A stretch of 64,000 nt of DNA from assembly GCA_934435205.1 (NCBI GenBank), contig CAKSAK010000001.1, positions 542,243 through 606,242 of the forward strand, written 5' to 3'. This document shows, one piece after another, positions 1-9,926 of this stretch. The position numbers and the translations under genes were made by a program. Position 1 is the first letter of the stretch. Each line of letters starts with the position of its first letter. This DNA comes from an uncultured Ruminococcus sp. Its GTDB lineage: Bacteria; Bacillota; Clostridia; Oscillospirales; Ruminococcaceae. The notes beneath the pieces are model-generated. The model did no database searches and was not told the DNA's origin. It saw only the letters and a program-made list of their open reading frames with translations.

Positions 1-313
1 CGTCAGCCATAACAGAAAGCTTCAGCGGGCTGTCATTCTCCCCAACGATAGCTCTGATATCCTCCTCGTCACAGAACTTCCACTTGCCGAACTCCTTGAC
101 ATCAAAAAGCTCCTTAGAAGCCTTATAGCCGAACTCCATGTATTCAACGCCTGATTTTATGTTAGTTTTATAGAGTTCCTTTACGAACTCGTCTGAAAAT
201 CCAAAATTATTTACAAGTCCTCCGTCACGGATAGTTGCGTCCAAAAGCTTTATATCAGGACGGTATGACATAAGGTCACCTTTCTGATTTATTGTCTTTG
301 CCTGATTTGCCAT
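1..313 (-). CDS. HMGL-like / pyruvate-carboxyltransferase-type aldolase-family protein, N-terminal fragment (gene continues past the window start)
   Basis: Minus-strand ORF runs off the window edge. ATG at 313 follows a GAAAGGAAG RBS. N-terminus MANQAKTINQKGDLMSYRPDIKLLDATIRDGG carries the D-x-T-(I/L)-RDG motif typical of HMGL-like TIM-barrel enzymes. Confidence 0.4.
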   Translation of the reverse strand, partial: MANQAKTINQKGDLMSYRPDIKLLDATIRDGGLVNNFGFSDEFVKELYKTNIKSGVEYMEFGYKASKELFDVKEFGKWKFCDEEDIRAIVGENDSPLKLSVMAD

Positions 314-570
314 TACCATTACTTCCTTTCCAAAAACAGGTCCTTACCATGCCTGCATAAGATTTATTGCTTTAAAGGTTTTATGCTTTTAAGCTTTTAT
401 GTACTAAAGTATAACACTATTTTGCCCCCATGTCAATAGCACACAGGGGCGTTAAACACATTTTTTACATTTTAATAATATTTCTCGTCATTTTACACCC
501 AACTTTTATACACTTCTCCCTATGAAGCTTCTGCCCATTTGTAAAATTCGCCGAAAAATCATCACACGCC

Positions 571-599
571 TTGACAAATGAAGCCTATGGTTGTATACT
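571..599 (+). promoter_or_regulatory. Sigma-A promoter of the GntR-ABC operon
   Basis: TTGACA (571-576), 17-nt spacer, TATACT (594-599). Confidence 0.55.
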
Positions 600-603
600 C
601 TAA

Positions 604-635
604 GTGTACTACAATAGATAATACAGTTAGTACAC
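604..635. promoter_or_regulatory. Candidate GntR operator (inverted repeat)
   Basis: GTGTACTA-N16-TAGTACAC inverted repeat immediately downstream of the -10 element. Confidence 0.35.
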
Positions 636-720
636 ATTCTGTACAGAACAAATGAAACGAAACAACAAGACAATGGGGCATACATAAAAAAAGAAGCCCC
701 AACGAAAGGAGGTTTTCAAG

Positions 721-1098
721 GTGATAACGCTTGATCTCACAGGCAGAGCGCCTATCTACGAACAGATATGCAATCAGTTTTCAAGCCTTATATCAAAGGG
801 CGTGCTGAAAGAGAACGATAAACTCCCAAGCTCGAGAATGCTCGCAAAGGAGCTGGGGCTAAACCCGAACACAGTGGCGAAAGCCTACAGCCGTTTGGAG
901 CATGACGAGATAATATATTCCGTAGCAGGAAAAGGCTGTTTTGTGGCAAAGCAGAAAGGCTCTATAGAAAAAAAGCTGCTTGAAGAATTTAAGCTCCATG
1001 CCGCCGCCGCATTGCAGGCAGGCATAAGCCTTGAAGCACTTTCCTCCGTCCTTGACGAACTTGCGGAGGAACAACAGGAAAGGAGTGACAAAAAATGA
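721..1098 (+). CDS. GntR-family (YtrA-like) winged-HTH transcriptional regulator
   Basis: 125-aa protein; HTH region SSRMLAKELGLNPNTVAKAYSRLE. GTG start after an AAAGGAGG RBS. Its end overlaps the downstream ABC ATPase gene by 4 nt, the classic ytrA-ABC arrangement. Confidence 0.8.
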   Translation: MITLDLTGRAPIYEQICNQFSSLISKGVLKENDKLPSSRMLAKELGLNPNTVAKAYSRLEHDEIIYSVAGKGCFVAKQKGSIEKKLLEEFKLHAAAALQAGISLEALSSVLDELAEEQQERSDKK

Positions 1099-2009
1099 TA
1101 GAGATAAAAGATCTGTCACTTACATTCACAAACGCTGACGAGCGCCACGAAGCCCTGAAAGCCGTGACCCTTGATATCCCAGAGGGCTGTATATACGGCT
1201 TTGTAGGCTCAAACGGCGCAGGTAAATCCACGCTTTTGCGTGTCATAAGCGGAATATACCGCCCCGACAGCGGAAGCGTCACCATTGACGGAACAGCCGT
1301 GTATGATGTGCCGCAGGCAAAAGAGAACATCTTTTTCGTAAGCGACGAAACAGTTCAGTTTTCAAGGCTGTCAGTAAACGAACTCAAAGACTTTTATAAG
1401 CTCACCTATCCAAGCTTTGATGAAGCCGTCTTTGACGAGCTTGTGAAAAGGCTTGACCTGCCACGGAAGAAGCCCCTGTCGCAGTTTTCAAAGGGCATGA
1501 AAAGACAGGCGATAGTCGCCTGCGCCCTTGCAAGCCGAACAAGGTATATCCTTCTTGACGAAGCCTTTGACGGACTTGACCCTGCCATGCGCAAGTTTAT
1601 CCGCACCATGATAGTTGACGATATTTTCGACAGGGGTGCGACCCTTATCGTGTCCTCACACAACGTCACCGAGATAGGCGAGCTTTGCGACAAGGCAATG
1701 CTCCTCCACAAAGGCGAGGTCATTTTTGCCAAGGATATCGACGATGTAAGAGAGAACTTTGAAAAGGTGCAAATAGCCCTCCCTGACGGCGAGCTTGACC
1801 GCACTGTCATAGAGAACGCAGGTGTAGAAGTCCTTAGCTTCAAGACTTTGGGCAGAGTTTCCACAGTGATAACAAAGGGCAACAAGGCGGATATCACCGC
1901 CAAGCTTTCCGCCCTCTCCCCTGCCGTTCTGGAGCTTGTTCCACTCACTCTCGAGGAGATCTTCATATACGAAATGGAGGTGCATGGATATGCAAACAGC
2001 GAAGAATAG
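1095..2009 (+). CDS. ABC transporter ATP-binding protein
   Basis: Walker A GSNGAGKST, signature LSQFSKGMKRQ, Walker B ILLDEAFDGLD, H-loop SSHN. Confidence 0.85.
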   Translation: MIEIKDLSLTFTNADERHEALKAVTLDIPEGCIYGFVGSNGAGKSTLLRVISGIYRPDSGSVTIDGTAVYDVPQAKENIFFVSDETVQFSRLSVNELKDFYKLTYPSFDEAVFDELVKRLDLPRKKPLSQFSKGMKRQAIVACALASRTRYILLDEAFDGLDPAMRKFIRTMIVDDIFDRGATLIVSSHNVTEIGELCDKAMLLHKGEVIFAKDIDDVRENFEKVQIALPDGELDRTVIENAGVEVLSFKTLGRVSTVITKGNKADITAKLSALSPAVLELVPLTLEEIFIYEMEVHGYANSEE

Positions 2010-3432
2010 GATACTTGCCGCATCAAGCCGTGATTTCAAGGTGAATAAGCTACTTTTTGTCATCACAAACCTTGTGCTGTTCATAAATTTCATAATGCAG
2101 ATGTCCATGCGCAGTTTCATAACATACTACAGCGAAAGCGTGACGAACAGTTACACAGGCTATGGTCTTGCCCAGGCAGGCTCTGTGGCGATAGCGTTGT
2201 GTGCAGTATTCACAGTTTTTACCCTTTTCCATGAGCTTTACAGCAAGCCACACGCAGACCTTGTTTACTCTCTCCCAAGCAGTGCAAAAGAACGCTTCTT
2301 CTCGAAGCTTCTCACCCTGCTGAAACTGCATATCCTGCCGGTCATATTCTGGAACATCATTCAGTTTATTGCCATATTCTTCACAACGGATATCACCTTG
2401 TACATGGTGGCAAGATATTCCGCAGTGCTTATGTTCACAGAGCTTTCCACAAGCCTTTTCGTTATACTTGCGGTGCTTTTATGCATGATATGCTGCGGCA
2501 GATTGGCGGAGATGATATACACAGCGGTGATAATAACAGCCTGCGAAATTGCTCTCCCAGGGTGCATATATTATTCCACCATAAGCCCATTTACAGTCCA
2601 GTACACATACGATATTGAAAATTTCGTTACCTATTGTCCTGCATGGAGCGCATTTCCTGCTCACCTTATGGAATTTGGTTATTCCACAAAATTCCTGCTT
2701 CTTCTCATTGGAAGCACAATTTTCTCGGCACTGCTTATCACTCTCCTGTATTTTCTCTACAAAAAGCGTGACGGCAAGGACACAGGCAAGCCATTCGTAT
2801 TCAGTGCCTATCGTGAGATTATCCTTATCATAGCCGTAGTCACTGTTACAACTTACGTCCTCTCAGACACAAGCAACCTGATACTTCTCCCTGCACTTCT
2901 CTTGGGCTATCTCCTTGCGAGAATACTATCCTCAGACAGAAAGCTCACAATAGTGCGCTTTGTAAAATGGGTAGGCATTTTCGCAGTGTATATGGTAGTA
3001 ATATTCGGCATGAACATTCTGGCATACTTATGCAATGGCTTTACAGGTAAGATAAGTGGATCAAGGCTCAGCGACGCTAACCGTGTGTATGCAACGAATT
3101 CAACAAGCGACGGCGCAAGGTTCGACTATCTTTCCGACACACTCTCAAAAGACGAAGCCCTGCAAATAATAGATATATACAATAAAGCACTTGACACCCG
3201 CAAAAAGAGTTTTGCCGACTATATCGACCACTTCAAACCTCACGAGGTTTCGCCAAATTCTGTAAATGTAGCAATAGATGTTTATACCTCAAAAGATGAC
3301 CACACTAACCTTGACTTTATCGACTTCTCTTTCGACGTAACAAATGCCGAAGTGGACAAAGTCACAGAGAAACTTAAATCTCTAAGCTTTGTCGACCCCG
3401 AACAGACGTCATATTACTACTACAATTATTAA
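1990..3432 (+). CDS. ABC-2-type transporter membrane protein with a C-terminal extracytoplasmic domain
   Basis: Overlaps the end of the ATPase gene. Multiple hydrophobic helices across the first ~370 aa, then a hydrophilic tail. Start chosen at the ATG 10 nt after GGAGGTG. Confidence 0.55.
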   Translation: MQTAKNRILAASSRDFKVNKLLFVITNLVLFINFIMQMSMRSFITYYSESVTNSYTGYGLAQAGSVAIALCAVFTVFTLFHELYSKPHADLVYSLPSSAKERFFSKLLTLLKLHILPVIFWNIIQFIAIFFTTDITLYMVARYSAVLMFTELSTSLFVILAVLLCMICCGRLAEMIYTAVIITACEIALPGCIYYSTISPFTVQYTYDIENFVTYCPAWSAFPAHLMEFGYSTKFLLLLIGSTIFSALLITLLYFLYKKRDGKDTGKPFVFSAYREIILIIAVVTVTTYVLSDTSNLILLPALLLGYLLARILSSDRKLTIVRFVKWVGIFAVYMVVIFGMNILAYLCNGFTGKISGSRLSDANRVYATNSTSDGARFDYLSDTLSKDEALQIIDIYNKALDTRKKSFADYIDHFKPHEVSPNSVNVAIDVYTSKDDHTNLDFIDFSFDVTNAEVDKVTEKLKSLSFVDPEQTSYYYYNY

Positions 3433-3468
3433 ATCCACCACGCAAACCGCATAAATACGCCATTTTCG

Positions 3469-3494
3469 TGTAGGGGCGAACAGCGTTCTCCCGT
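3469..3494. repeat. REP-like palindromic repeat copy (degenerate)
   Basis: TGTAGGGGCGAACAGCGTTCTCCCG. Confidence 0.6.
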
Positions 3495-3540
3495 CAACGA
3501 AACAAACCAATTTTCAAAACTATGTGTAAAAGAACAAACA

Positions 3541-3580
3541 AACCCCCTCCGAGCCAAGCTCCGAGGGGGTAACTTTTTTC
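3541..3580. terminator. Rho-independent terminator (bidirectional)
   Basis: CCCCCTCCGAG-CCAAG-CTCCGAGGGGG hairpin followed by a T run, between convergent genes. Confidence 0.7.
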
Positions 3581-3582
3581 TA

Positions 3583-4848
3583 TTAATCCATGACCGCATT
3601 AGCAAGCATAAGCTTGATACGGTTCTCCTGATTGACCTTTGTCGCACCCGGGTCATAGTCGATTGCAACTATGTTTGCGTCCGGATAAGCCTGCTTGATA
3701 GTTCTTGACATACCCTTTGCAACAATATGGTTAGGCAGACAGCCGAACGGCTGAGTGCAGATTATGTTCTTTGTGCCTGTTTCTGCAAGAGCCGCCATTT
3801 CAGCAGTGATAAGCCAGCCCTCGCCCATTTTTACGCCCTGACTGATATACTTGTCAGCGCACTTTCTAAGGTGTTCAAAATCATGGGGCGGCTGGAAAAT
3901 GCCCTGCTCGTTGATGACCTTTATCTGCTGTTTCTGGAACTTGTAAAGCACATCATAACCAATGCCGTACATAAGGGTGCGGCTTGTTTTCTTGTCATAG
4001 AGCTTCTCATCGTTGATAGCGTCAGACGCACAGTAAAGCACGAAGTCCAACAGCCCAGGCACGTTAGGCTCACAGCCCTCAGACAGCAGGAAGTCGTTAA
4101 GGTGATTGTTCGCAAGAGGTGAATACTTAACGTATATCTCTCCCACGATACCCACCTTTGGCTTCTTCTCCTTTGTCCTTGGAAGCGCCGCAAAGTCTTT
4201 GAGCATAGCATTGTAAATGCTCTTTGTGTGCATATATCTGCTCGGGGTAGCAAACAGCTTTCCAAGCCTATGCTGCCACCTTGCCAAAAGCTCGTCCGTA
4301 GAATTTTTCTCTATCTCGTAAGGCTTGCACTGATTGTAAAGAAGCATGAGCATATCGCCGTAAAGCACAGCATAAATAAGCTTCATTGCAATGGCAGGGG
4401 TGATATCTATGGAAGCGTCCTTTTCAAGTCCGCTGAAATTCAGCGACAGAACAGGCACTTCTGGAAACTGCGTTGACAGTGCCTTTCTTATAAGATGAAT
4501 GTAGTTTGAAGCACGACAGCCGCCGCCCGTCTGTGACATAAGCAGAGCCGTATGTTCAAGGTCATACTTGCCGCTTTTGAGAGCGTCCATAAACTGTCCT
4601 ATAACAAGAAGCGCAGGATAGCAAGCGTCATTGTGGGTGTTTTTAAGTCCCTCGTCAATAACGTTTCGTGAGCAGTTTTGCAAAAGCTCCATGTTATAGC
4701 CGTATTTTTTGTATATTGCCATGATAAGCTTGAAATGAATAGGAAGCATATCAGGTATAAGTATTGTGTATTCCTCACGTCTTGACTTATCAAAATAAGA
4801 CCTTTTTACTCTGTCCGAGCCTGCGTGTTTTATCTCCTTTTCAGCCAT
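3583..4848 (-). CDS. 2-hydroxyglutaryl-CoA dehydratase D-component-like protein (YjiM-like)
   Basis: 421 aa. Its start sits exactly at the stop of the upstream activase-fusion gene (shared coordinate 4848). Family-level similarity to HgdB/YjiM-type subunits. Confidence 0.6.
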   Translation of the reverse strand: MAEKEIKHAGSDRVKRSYFDKSRREEYTILIPDMLPIHFKLIMAIYKKYGYNMELLQNCSRNVIDEGLKNTHNDACYPALLVIGQFMDALKSGKYDLEHTALLMSQTGGGCRASNYIHLIRKALSTQFPEVPVLSLNFSGLEKDASIDITPAIAMKLIYAVLYGDMLMLLYNQCKPYEIEKNSTDELLARWQHRLGKLFATPSRYMHTKSIYNAMLKDFAALPRTKEKKPKVGIVGEIYVKYSPLANNHLNDFLLSEGCEPNVPGLLDFVLYCASDAINDEKLYDKKTSRTLMYGIGYDVLYKFQKQQIKVINEQGIFQPPHDFEHLRKCADKYISQGVKMGEGWLITAEMAALAETGTKNIICTQPFGCLPNHIVAKGMSRTIKQAYPDANIVAIDYDPGATKVNQENRIKLMLANAVMD

Positions 4849-7826
4849 TACATTGCCTCCTTTGCCGCATTTTTCTCAGCATTTGCGCTGGCTTCTTTTT
4901 CTTCAAGTGCCGCCGCCAAAGACCTAAGTCTTATCTTAGCCGCACCGAGATTTGTTATCTCGTCTATTTTAAGCTGAGTGTAAAGCTTGCCCTTTTCTTC
5001 AAGGATAGCTCTTACCTCGTCTGTTGTAACAGCGTCGATACCACAGCCGAATGATACAAGCTGGACGAGCTGCATATCATCATTCTCGCATACATACTCT
5101 GCCGCTCTGTAAAGCCTTGAGTGATAAGTCCACTGATTAAGTACGTCAAGTGCAGGTGTATCCACCTTCATTGCAACGCTGTCCTCAGTGATAACAGCAA
5201 AGCCAAGAGAAGCGATAAGCTTGTGTATGCCGTGGTTTATCTCAGGGTCGATGTGGTAAGGCCTGCCTGCCAGAACGATTATTTTCTGACCCTTTGCCCT
5301 TGCCTCAGCGATTATCTCCTGCGCCTTAGCCTCGACATCCCTATGGTATCTCACCTGCTCAGAATAAGCCTTGTTAAGCACTCCAAGCACCTGCTTTGCA
5401 GTGATGTTATACTTTGAAAGCGCTCTTGCCATTGCCTTTGCAACGTGCTTTTTGATGTTTATGTCAAGATAAGGCATGATGAAATTATCATCATTCAGCT
5501 TGTCATTGTTAGCCTTTAGAAGCTCAGGATAATAAGCAACAACAGGACAGTTATAGTGATTGTCCGACTGACCCTCGTCAGCATTGTAGCTCATGCAAGG
5601 ATAGAAGATAAAGTCCACGCCCTTGTCAAGGAGGCTCTCTATATGACCGTGACAAAGCTTTGCAGGATAACATACCGTATCAGACGGAATAGTTTGCTGA
5701 CCCTTGTAATATGTATCTCTCGTTGACTCCTCAGACAGCACCACCTCAAAGCCAAGGCTTGTGAGCAGTGTTGAGAAAAACGGCATAAGGTCATAATAAG
5801 ACAGCGCAAGAGGCAATCCCACTTTGGCGATAGGCTTTGCAGGCTTGTTGTCAGCATAAGAGAGTATCTTGTTATACTTATACTCTATCATGTTTTCCGT
5901 TCTGTCGGTTATCTTTATGCCTGCACCCTTTTCACAGCGGTTTCCGGAAGTAAATCTTCTGCCGTCATTAAATCTTATTATAGTAAGGTTACAGTGCGCA
6001 CCACAGCCACCGCACTGAACGGCTCTTGAATTGTAAGCAAATTCTTCAAGCTGAGCCTTTGTAAGAACGCCTGACTTGCCGTCCCTGCCCTGAGATTTTT
6101 CTTTTGCGAAAAGCGCACAGCCGAACGCACCCATAAGTCCCGCAATGGCAGGTCTTATAACGTTTCTGCCAAGCTCCATTTCAAATGACCTGAGCACAGC
6201 GTCGTTAAGGAACGTTCCGCCCTGAACGACTATATTCTTGCCAAGCTCGTCAATAGACTTGGCTCTTATTACCTTGTAAACTGCGTTCTTGATGATAGAC
6301 GAAGAAAGTCCTGCAGAGATATCCTCAACGGAAGCTCCGTCCTTTTGCGCCTGCTTTACAGATGAGTTCATGAACACTGTACATCTTGAGCCAAGCTCCA
6401 CAGGTGCTTTTGCAAACAGACCGAGCCTTGCAAACTCTGCAATGTCATATCCCATTGCACCTGCAAAAGTCTGAATGAACGAGCCACAGCCTGATGAACA
6501 AGCCTCGTTGAGCATAATGCTGTCGATAGCGTTGTTTTTTATCTTGAAGCACTTGATATCCTGTCCGCCGATGTCGATGATAAAATCAACGTCAGGGCAG
6601 AAATAAGCCGCCGCCTTATAGTGCGCAACAGTTTCAACTATACCATAGTCAACGCCCAGACCTGCCTTTATAAGATCCTCACCGTAGCCTGTTACCGCAG
6701 AAGCCTTTATGTTAAGCTCAGGGGTGGCAAGGCTGTATATCTCCTCAAGCTTTGAAGCGATTATATCAAGGGGCTGACCCTTGTTTGAGCAGTAGTGCTG
6801 ATAAAGCAGCTTTCCGTCAGGGGTGATAAGCACAAGCTTTGTGGTGGTAGAGCCTGCGTCTATACCAAGATAAGCGTCGCCCTTGTAAGTCCTGATATCC
6901 TCATATTTAAGGTCAGACTTCTTGTGTCTTTCCACGAAAGCATTATATTCCTCACGGCTTGCGAACAGCGGCTTGCCTACCACGATATTGTCAGTAGCCT
7001 TTGCGTTCACTATCTTGTCAAGGGCTTCGTCTATAGTCATTTCCTCAGCAAGCGTGTCAGCATGAAGTGCCGCACCAAAAGCCATATAGCAGGAAGAATT
7101 TTCAGGAAGTATAGCGTGTTCCTCGTCAAGGTTCAGGGTAGTTCTGAAAGCCTTTCTCAGTGCGCTGAGATATGTAAGCGGACCGCCAAGGAAAAGCACC
7201 TGACCGCCGATCTTTCTGCCCTGCGCCAGACCTGAAACTGTCTGGTCAACAACAGCCTGAAAAATAGAGGCGGCAATATCCTCTTTTCTTGCGCCCTGAT
7301 TAAGAAGCGGCTGAATATCAGACTTTGCGAAAACACCGCATCTTGATGCGATAGGATAAGTCTTTTCCGCCTTAAGAGCAAGGTCGTTCATCTCGTCAGG
7401 AGTAACGCCCAAAAGTCCTGCCATCTGGTCGATAAAAGCACCCGTTCCGCCTGCGCAGGAGCCGTTCATACGCTGTTCAACGCCCCCTGTGAGGAAGATT
7501 ATCTTAGCGTCCTCGCCGCCAAGCTCAACCACAACGTCAGCCTTTGGATACTTCTTGTTTACAGCAATAAAAGCGGAAAAGACCTCCTGCACGAAAGAAA
7601 TTCCACTCGCCTCAGCGATACCAAGGCCAGCCGAGCCTGTTATGGCTATCTTGAACTTGTCATCAGGATAAAGCTCTCTGATAGTGCGAAGCTGCTCTGC
7701 CACAGTTTCCCTTACCTTTGAAAAGTGTCTTTCATATTTGTTATAAATAAACTCGCCCTCGTCAAGAATTACCGTCTTGACCGTGGTCGAGCCTACGTCT
7801 ATGCCTAAATCATAAATCTTGCTCAT
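4848..7826 (-). CDS. CoA-substrate-specific enzyme activase (two BadF/BadG/BcrA/BcrD-type ATPase modules) fused to a 2-hydroxyacyl-CoA dehydratase-like Cys-rich domain
   Basis: Two actin-fold ATPase N-termini (DLGIDVGSTTVKTVILDE and YLGIDAGSTTTKLVLITPDG). Cys cluster VQCGGCGAHCN...GNRCEKG. 992 aa. Confidence 0.7.
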   Translation of the reverse strand: MSKIYDLGIDVGSTTVKTVILDEGEFIYNKYERHFSKVRETVAEQLRTIRELYPDDKFKIAITGSAGLGIAEASGISFVQEVFSAFIAVNKKYPKADVVVELGGEDAKIIFLTGGVEQRMNGSCAGGTGAFIDQMAGLLGVTPDEMNDLALKAEKTYPIASRCGVFAKSDIQPLLNQGARKEDIAASIFQAVVDQTVSGLAQGRKIGGQVLFLGGPLTYLSALRKAFRTTLNLDEEHAILPENSSCYMAFGAALHADTLAEEMTIDEALDKIVNAKATDNIVVGKPLFASREEYNAFVERHKKSDLKYEDIRTYKGDAYLGIDAGSTTTKLVLITPDGKLLYQHYCSNKGQPLDIIASKLEEIYSLATPELNIKASAVTGYGEDLIKAGLGVDYGIVETVAHYKAAAYFCPDVDFIIDIGGQDIKCFKIKNNAIDSIMLNEACSSGCGSFIQTFAGAMGYDIAEFARLGLFAKAPVELGSRCTVFMNSSVKQAQKDGASVEDISAGLSSSIIKNAVYKVIRAKSIDELGKNIVVQGGTFLNDAVLRSFEMELGRNVIRPAIAGLMGAFGCALFAKEKSQGRDGKSGVLTKAQLEEFAYNSRAVQCGGCGAHCNLTIIRFNDGRRFTSGNRCEKGAGIKITDRTENMIEYKYNKILSYADNKPAKPIAKVGLPLALSYYDLMPFFSTLLTSLGFEVVLSEESTRDTYYKGQQTIPSDTVCYPAKLCHGHIESLLDKGVDFIFYPCMSYNADEGQSDNHYNCPVVAYYPELLKANNDKLNDDNFIMPYLDINIKKHVAKAMARALSKYNITAKQVLGVLNKAYSEQVRYHRDVEAKAQEIIAEARAKGQKIIVLAGRPYHIDPEINHGIHKLIASLGFAVITEDSVAMKVDTPALDVLNQWTYHSRLYRAAEYVCENDDMQLVQLVSFGCGIDAVTTDEVRAILEEKGKLYTQLKIDEITNLGAAKIRLRSLAAALEEKEASANAEKNAAKEAM

Positions 7827-7953
7827 AGTAAAACCTCACTGATTCTCGTTTGTATATTCCTAGTTATTATAGCACACTTTTTCGCAAATTACAAGCTTTT
7901 TATATTAACAAATATGTATGCGCAAAGCAAGATATCACCTACAAAAGCAAAAA

Positions 7954-8016
7954 CGGGCGAACACTGTTCGCCCCTACAATGCAATAATTACAATGTATGG
8001 CAAAAGCGTTCGCCCG
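7954..8016. repeat. REP-like palindromic repeat: one full copy plus a half copy
   Basis: CGGGCGAACACTGTTCGCCCCTACA at 7954-7978 and AGCGTTCGCCCGTA at 8003-8016. Confidence 0.7.
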
Positions 8017-8044
8017 TATGAATATTCGTATAGATTTATGAAGC

Positions 8045-9577
8045 TTATTCCTGCTCTATAAGGCAATCAGTAAGATTAAGGTCATAGAGATTGTTGTAGG
8101 TAGGCTGCTGAACAGGCTCACCTGCAAGTCTGTAGAACTGCTCTGAGCCGTACTTCTTGATGAAGTTCGTGGTGTGGCAGTTTATTTTCAGCTCCTCGAT
8201 AAACTTCTTCATAACATTGCTGTCAGCACCGTAAGCATTCTCAAGGAAGTCAAAAGCGTATTTCAGACCCTTCATAGACTGCTGTGTAACGTTGTTTGCG
8301 CCATGAAGCAGATTATTGAAAGAGTTCTGCAAAATAACAGTACAGCGGTTTTTGTTATCTCTTCCCTCGTTGGTACACTTATCAAGATAAGCTTCGAGAT
8401 TGTGAAGGATCCAGTGCTGGATCTTCTTGTTAGACGGCGAGATGTTTCTTGCTCTTACCGCCTTGTCAAGGCTCTTGTTGCAGTCCATGATGTGTTCACT
8501 GATTATCTGACGGCATGAAAGACCATTGTTTATCTTCACAAGGATATCTTCCATTCTTGGGTGGATAAGTCTTATCATCTTCTCCATTTGGATACAGCTT
8601 CTCATTGTATATGTGATGCCGTCCATAAGCAGATTCATAAGAGCCACAGCTTCCTCAGTGCCTGCCGCTCTTGCGTCAGCAACGTTCTGAGCAGTTATAC
8701 CGCCCTCGAGGATAGCGTCAACGTCATATTTCTCACGATAATAGTTGAATCTGTCATAATATTCCGCAAAACCCTTTGAGAACTCAGGGTTCTGTACATA
8801 CTGAGCAGCCAGAGCGTGGTCAACAAGGATACCGCTCTCCTCATAAAGCTGCATCATTTCAGAAAGGTCCTCCCAACCACGGGCAGTAACAAAGCGGTAG
8901 TTGTTCTTATCGCTTGCGTCTACCATATAATAGTGGTCAGGGTGAAGCTCAAGATAGGATATGATAGCAGGATGAACGCCTGCATAGTAAGCATATTCCT
9001 TCCAAACACCGAAATCAGGCTGACACTCGACCCTCTTAACACGGTCGAGAGTAACGATATCGAACTCAGAAACAGACTTGTTGAACTCAGGCGGGTTTCC
9101 TGCCGTAACGACTACCCAGCCCGCTGGAACCTGATGAAGTCCGAAAACCTTATACTGCAAGAACTGGAGCATTGCAGGGGCAAGGGACTCGGAAACGCAG
9201 TTGATCTCATCGAGGAAGAGAATACCCTCTTTGATGCCTGTGGCTTCGATAGTGTCATAAAGAGTAGCCACGATCTCACTCATCGTGTACTCGGATATCT
9301 GCACATCAGCACCGGTGTAGTTTCTATGTACGATAACAGGCAGACCGAGAGCGGACTCTCTTGTGTGGTGGGACATCGAGTAGGTAACAAGGTTTACGCC
9401 GGTTTCCTGAGCTATCTGCTCCATGATAGCGGTCTTACCGATACCAGGAGCGCCAAGCAGGAACACAGGTCTCTGATGTTCTATGCTAATTCGGTAATCG
9501 CCAAATTCGTCTTTAATGAGATAGGCTTGTATCGCATTAAGTATCTGTTGTTTTGCGTCTTTAATATTCATAATCAC
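8045..9577 (-). CDS. MoxR-like AAA+ ATPase (AAA_5 type) with a long C-terminal domain of unknown function
   Basis: Walker A LLGAPGIGKTA, Walker B ILFLDEIN, sensor VVTAGNP. 510 aa. No VWA partner gene is adjacent. Confidence 0.65.
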   Translation of the reverse strand: MIMNIKDAKQQILNAIQAYLIKDEFGDYRISIEHQRPVFLLGAPGIGKTAIMEQIAQETGVNLVTYSMSHHTRESALGLPVIVHRNYTGADVQISEYTMSEIVATLYDTIEATGIKEGILFLDEINCVSESLAPAMLQFLQYKVFGLHQVPAGWVVVTAGNPPEFNKSVSEFDIVTLDRVKRVECQPDFGVWKEYAYYAGVHPAIISYLELHPDHYYMVDASDKNNYRFVTARGWEDLSEMMQLYEESGILVDHALAAQYVQNPEFSKGFAEYYDRFNYYREKYDVDAILEGGITAQNVADARAAGTEEAVALMNLLMDGITYTMRSCIQMEKMIRLIHPRMEDILVKINNGLSCRQIISEHIMDCNKSLDKAVRARNISPSNKKIQHWILHNLEAYLDKCTNEGRDNKNRCTVILQNSFNNLLHGANNVTQQSMKGLKYAFDFLENAYGADSNVMKKFIEELKINCHTTNFIKKYGSEQFYRLAGEPVQQPTYNNLYDLNLTDCLIEQE

Positions 9578-9860
9578 TTCTCCTCAGTGCAGTCTGAAGC
9601 TGTGAACAAAAAGCACTGCACAATTAAATAATCTCACCATTTTATTATAAACTATCTCCAAATTAAAGTCAATAGTCATCACAAGTTTTGTCAGCTTACA
9701 CAAACAATTGAAAATATTTTAGTTATTCTGTATCAAAGTCATAAAATTTAACTGTTAAAATATTGATATCAGAGCAGAATTTTCAACAGACTTTTAAGCT
9801 TTTTTCAAACGTTTTCGCCTATGCCCAAGCCGACCTCATAGCATCAGTGCTTGCTTGGTT

Positions 9861-9889
9861 TTGACATCTTCCAAACAATGTGCTATAAT
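9861..9889 (+). promoter_or_regulatory. Consensus sigma-A promoter for the aldose epimerase gene
   Basis: TTGACA, 17-nt spacer, TATAAT, about 40 nt upstream of the 9927 start. Confidence 0.55.
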
Positions 9890-9926
9890 AATAAGGTATA
9901 AAATTTATCCCTCGGAGGTCTGATCT

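Noticed and set aside
859-7381. Numerous antisense or out-of-frame ORFs inside the GntR, ABC, dehydratase and activase genes (for example 1406-2026, 1656-2120, 3727-4122, 5121-5417, 6795-7235)
   Set aside because: They are fully embedded in longer ORFs that carry clear catalytic motifs. No RBS or start context. Typical shadow ORFs.
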